A stretch of 64,000 nt of DNA from the human T2T-CHM13v2.0 reference genome, Homo sapiens, in assembly GCF_009914755.1 (NCBI RefSeq), contig NC_060945.1; one strand, 5' to 3'. The notes beneath the pieces are model-generated. The model was not told the origin of the DNA and made no database searches. It was given only the letters and a program-made list of their open reading frames with translations. Each line of letters begins with the position of its first letter. The first letter of the stretch is position 1. Shown here piece after piece: positions 59,243 through 64,000 of this stretch. The translations under genes and the position numbers were made by a program.

Positions 59243-60151
59243 CAGTCATGCACCAAATAACATTTCAGTGTTGGACTGCATATACGACAGTATTCCCCTA
59301 AGACTGTAATGAAGCTACAAAAATCCTATCACCTAGTGATGTCTTGCGATCCTTACCCAAGGAGGTCTTGGCTTACGTGTATGTGTATCTTAATTTTTGA
59401 GAAAAATGTTTAAAAAGTAAAAAGTTAAAAAAATGAAAGCTTACAGAATAAGAATGTAAAGAAAGAAAACATTTTTGTACAGTTGTGCAGTGTTTTAAGC
59501 TGTTATTACAAAAGAATCCAAAAGTTAAAAAAAGATTAAAAAGTTATATAAAGTAGGCTAAAGTTAATTTATTACTGAAGAAAACAAGTTTTAAAATAAA
59601 TTAGTGTAGCTTAAATGTACAATGTCTATAAAGTCGACCGTAGTAGACGGTTTAATGTCCTAGGCCTTTGCATTCATTCACTCATCTCTCTTCCTCTCCG
59701 TCCCTCCATCCCTCCCCCACCCATCTCCCTCCATCCCTCCCCCACCCATTGCAACTTCCAGTCCTGCAAGCTCCATTCCTGTAAACGCCCACACAAGTGA
59801 TCTTTTATATCATATTTTTATTGTACCTTTTCCATGCCTATAGCACAAATAATGAGGGTTACAGTTGCCCTCATTATTCAGCACGGCTGAACAGGTTTGC
59901 AGCCTAAGAGCAGTAGGCTCTACCGTCTAGCGTGGGCGTGCAGTAGGCTCCACCGTCTAGCGTGGGCGTGCAGTAGGCTCCACCGTCTAGCGTGGGCGTG
60001 CAGTAGGCTCCACCGTCTAGCGTGGGCGTGCAGTAGGCTCCACTGTCTAGCGTGGGCGTGCAGTGTATACTCAGTGATGTTCTCACAACCATGAAATCGC
60101 CTGACAGTGAATTTCTTAGAACATATCCTCATGGTTAGGTGACAGGTAAGT
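59243..60151 (+). mobile_element. Tigger3 (MER7/Golem-type) deletion derivative
   Basis: TA|cagtcatgc TIR, ggactgcatatacgac, gcaacttccagtcctgcaagctcc, gaaatcgcct...ttcttagaac end. Confidence 0.85.
59911..60064. repeat. 30-bp minisatellite, 5 copies (CAGTAGGCTCCACCGTCTAGCGTGGGCGTG)
   Basis: Units start at 59911, 59941, 59971, 60001, 60031; units 1 and 5 each carry one substitution. Confidence 0.98.
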
Positions 60152-61240
60152 GTTCTGAGGGAAGAATGGAGTAGGGGACCAGTTCCCTGTAAGATTCTGA
60201 GAACGTTTCTTAGCATGACATTTGATCCTGGGTCTTGAAGTTTGAGTTGAAGACTTCTAGGAGGAGAAAATAGGAGGGCGGGGATAGCATGCTAGTTGGA
60301 GAGAAGAGTTGCTGAAGAGAAGAGCGAAGAGCTGCTGAAGAGCACCATTGAAGAATGGTGAGAAGGTCGGTGCAGTTAAGGGAAAGGATGTCATGGAGGG
60401 GACAGGATGGAGAGAAATGGTGGGAAATAAGACGAGAGGTGTAAACACTTAACCTGGGTACTCTGGGTATTTAAAGTATTGTGAAGTATTGATTTTGAGC
60501 TTTTTTTTTTTTTGGTTGTGGACATGAACTTTGACAGCAGTAGGGGGAATACACTGAGGGAGGGCATGGAGCCTGGATAAGGAGCAGTTATTGTAGGGGA
60601 TTCCCCTGGCCCCTTTCTGGATTAAGATCTTGACAGAGCATGGAAATAAGCAGCTGGATTCATGAGACATTCCAGAGGCCAAAGTCACAGAATGTAGTTA
60701 GATTGAGGGGGGTTGAGGTAAAGGGGGTGGGGAGGTGGAAGTAAGAGAGCGAATAAGATTGAGGTTTCTAGCTTGAGTGGATGGATGGGTGGAGATGCCG
60801 TTTATAGAACTGGGTCAAACTTGGCGCTACTGCCTGCTCCCCAGCCTGTGCAGACACAGTTAAATATAGCATGCCGTGCTTTCCAGCTGAGGCTTGAGTT
60901 AGCTTTGGAATCTTTTCTATAGCAGTGAGTGCTCCAGACAGCCACTGCCAATCTATTTGAGTTTGTACTGGAGAGGAAACCTATTTGCCTTCCCTGTCAT
61001 AGGAGATGGGGAGGGGAAGGGAAGGGGAGCAGGGAGAGGAATCCCACCCACACTAGTCCCTCTTTTCCCTGCGCTCTTTTCTTCAGAACACATCATTTTC
61101 TGATCTCACACTCCCGTTTTTTTTTTTTTTTTTTTGCTTGAGGATTCTTCTGTGCCCAGCAAAATACAAACTCCAGGAGGCCTGAGATTTGGCCCATAAT
61201 TTTTGCATTTATGCCTTTAATGTTAAGAGCGTTGTCTGGA

Positions 61241-61712
61241 ACAGCACTGCCAATAGAAATGTAAGCCACTTATGTAATTTAAATTTTTCTAGGAGCCACA
61301 TTTTTAAAAAAGTAAAAAGAGGCCTGGAGTGGTGGCTTACGCCTATAATCCCAGCATTTTGGGAGGGCAAGGCAGGTGGACTGCTTGAGGCCAGGAGTTC
61401 CAAGGCTGCAGTGAGCTATGCTTGCACCATTGCACTCCAGCCTGGGTGACGAGGGAGAGACCCTGTCTCTTTAAAAAGAAAAAAGTACAAAGCAACAGTA
61501 AAATTAAACTTAAATATATTTTAATTTACCTGGTGTTTCCAAAACCTATTATTTCAATTTATAATAAAAAAAATTGAGGTATTTTACATTTTATGTTGCT
61601 AAGTCCTTAATCTTGTTTTTTCCATTTATAGCACATCTTAATTCTTTGTAGCTACATTTCAAGTATTCAGTAGCCACATATGACTGTTGTTGACTGCATT
61701 GGACGGTGCAAG
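61241..61712. mobile_element. MER33/MER3-like hAT element with an inserted Alu monomer (61321-61483, +)
   Basis: cagcactgccaatagaaat...tcaagtattcagtagccacatatg...attggac. Confidence 0.75.
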
Positions 61713-62443
61713 TCTAGAATATAGTAGGGGCTCAGTAGATGTTTGTTGAATGAATGAAGGAGAGGAAGATGAGTTGGTTGTTAAAGGTTGATTGTAGAAT
61801 CGAGGAAGGGTTTTGTTCTCACAGTGAGGCAGGAGCATATTTTTATGTTTAAGACAGAGCTGGGAGAGAGAGAGGCGGAGATAACAGAAGTCAGCACGTG
61901 ACTGATGGAGGAAAGCCCGAGCAGGTGTTTGGTCCAGGGGTCTGCAGCCAGGTAGATGGGAGGAGAGATGCCTTGCTAGTTACTTCCCTGAAGGATAATC
62001 TTCAGTTACATTTTAAGAGACTTAACTCCAGTTTGTTTGGCATAAACTTCTCATTGAAATGTATTATAACTCTTCCTTCCCCACATTTTAGGTGCTGGTT
62101 AGTTGAGGGTCATTTTTAAAGTCTTAAGGTGTTTCCCTAGTGACTTAACAAAAGAAAGGAAAATAAAAGCCTCTTTTTTTACGTACAAAATAGGAAAAGT
62201 CTTATTGGTGTATCTCAACATCTTTACTTTGGTATCACTCAGCTAGAAAAATAAGTACTTTCTATACTAAAAATTGATTTACTGAATCTGATTTTTAGCA
62301 TTATTATATTTGGAGTTGTATAAATTATATATTTTGCAGTCAATATAAAATAAGGTTATTTTCCCCACTGTTGTCCCTCAGTCTTTACATACTTGAGTCC
62401 TCAATCTCCTACATTGTCTTTCATATTATGAGATGTAGTCTCC

Positions 62444-62748
<305 letters not shown>

Positions 62749-64000
62749 TCCATTACTTTGAGTAACAAAGTCTTATTTGAGGTTGACACATAGACATGGA
62801 GCAACCTCTGTCAATAGTAGTTTTGGATGCTTATGGAGGTCACTTGATGGAATGAGTCTAAAAAGTGAAGCAATGAAATGTAACAGATTTTTTAGGTTAT
62901 GACCTCACATTTTCAGGTAATGATATTCTAAATCTTTCAAAAAATCATTTTAAAAAGTATTGTTGTAAGTGAAAATAATTAATGTACCTATTGGGTTAAT
63001 GGAAAACACCACCTTTCTGATGTTAAAAAATTTTATCTCATTGTTACTTGAGATAAAATATCCAGTTATAGTATTTTACAGGGATTCAGTAAGTGTTGTA
63101 TCTAAAACAACTTAGAAGTTAAGATTATGTGCTGCGGAAAACCAGATGACTTAAAGAGGATTTAATGACGACAAAGATGCTGATGTTAAAGATGGAGTAG
63201 GCTTTCCACTATATTGAGAAGGGCACCTTATCCAGACAGATTTTAATAAGTGAGATTGGTCTTATCTCTTTGCTTTTGGGACAGCTTTATATTCCTGAGT
63301 GTGCTGTGCTCAGCCAGATGTGATAATGTCAAAGCCGGTAGTGATTGTAGAGATGGTTATTCAGGGGTGGTCACCTTTTTTTTTTTTTTTTTTTCGTGCC
63401 CCAGCATACTTGAGCAGGTTAGGTTACATTCTGGCAAAAAACAGGCTCCCAGGACAATTCTTGGGAGATGGGGGAGGGAGAGAGTGGTGTATATATTTTG
63501 AAGAGGTCTTAACTACACAGTGATTCTACCCCTGTGTGTGAGGGCCTGGGCTCTTTGGACAGATGACATGTTTTTTCCAGTGTTATGGAGTTAACCTTAG
63601 AGCTGGGACCAGAACCCTGGACTTGCTCCTTGTGCCAGTTTTAATTTTCTCAGCCACACCCTTTTCTTTCCTTTTATTTTGTACCCTTTTTTCTTACTAT
63701 TTTCAATAGAATTTTAAATGTCATATGTTTAATAAGATGGAAACTGCTGATATAAATCAAGAAGCAGTCTTTAAATTTTAAATAATGGTACATTTATGGA
63801 GACATTATCAACTAATTTAATTTCTTTTTCTGACTTTTTAAGTCACCTCTTTTTTCCAAGTCACCATGGCTTGGAACCGCTGAGTCATTCTTGAATCCAG
63901 CTGTCTCTTATCTGTCGTCCGTATTGAAACAGGTTTTGAAGTCCTGTCAGTCTGCTCTCAGAGTGTCTCTTCATGCATCTCCTTCCTTTCTTTTGCTGAC

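Noticed and set aside
59911-60064. CRISPR-like array of 30-bp repeats
   Set aside because: Units are directly adjacent with no unique spacers, there are no cas genes, and the context is a primate intron; it is a minisatellite.
59897-60216. Repetitive ORFs on both strands (RLHRLAWACS, HAHARRWSLL)
   Set aside because: Consequence of a 30-nt unit lacking stops in those frames; no coding evidence.

Overview
This is primate (very likely human) genomic DNA, AT-rich and repeat-dense, with no prokaryotic-type systems. An 86-nt exon at 28642-28727 (AG|TGTTATAG...GACG ATG CAT ACA G|GTGACT) is recognisable as the first coding exon of DYRK1A (Met-His-Thr-Gly..., chr21q22.13, + strand). The rest of the window is most simply the 5'-UTR intron upstream of it and the long intron downstream; the next coding exon is not in the window. 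Much of the sequence is Alu, L1, L2/MIR, MaLR/MLT2 LTR and Charlie/Tigger DNA-transposon debris, and essentially all ORFs in the supplied track are repeat-derived or chance ORFs. The most interesting unexplained structure is cis-regulatory: (i) a dosage-control-like module around the DYRK1A start exon (two upstream AUGs, an internal acceptor, candidate poison cassette exons and a likely back-splice circle flanked by inverted Alus); (ii) a CpG-rich 30-bp minisatellite born inside a Tigger3 element with one perfect EGR1 site per unit; (iii) a dense RFX/POU/SOX/NF-Y/homeodomain motif cluster; (iv) a perfect 30-bp palindrome next to a recent 136-bp tandem duplication; and (v) a tail-less Alu with intact target-site duplication. 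Repeat subfamily names and old-repeat boundaries come from visual recall of consensus sequences and are approximate. I found no evidence for a wholly new gene system.
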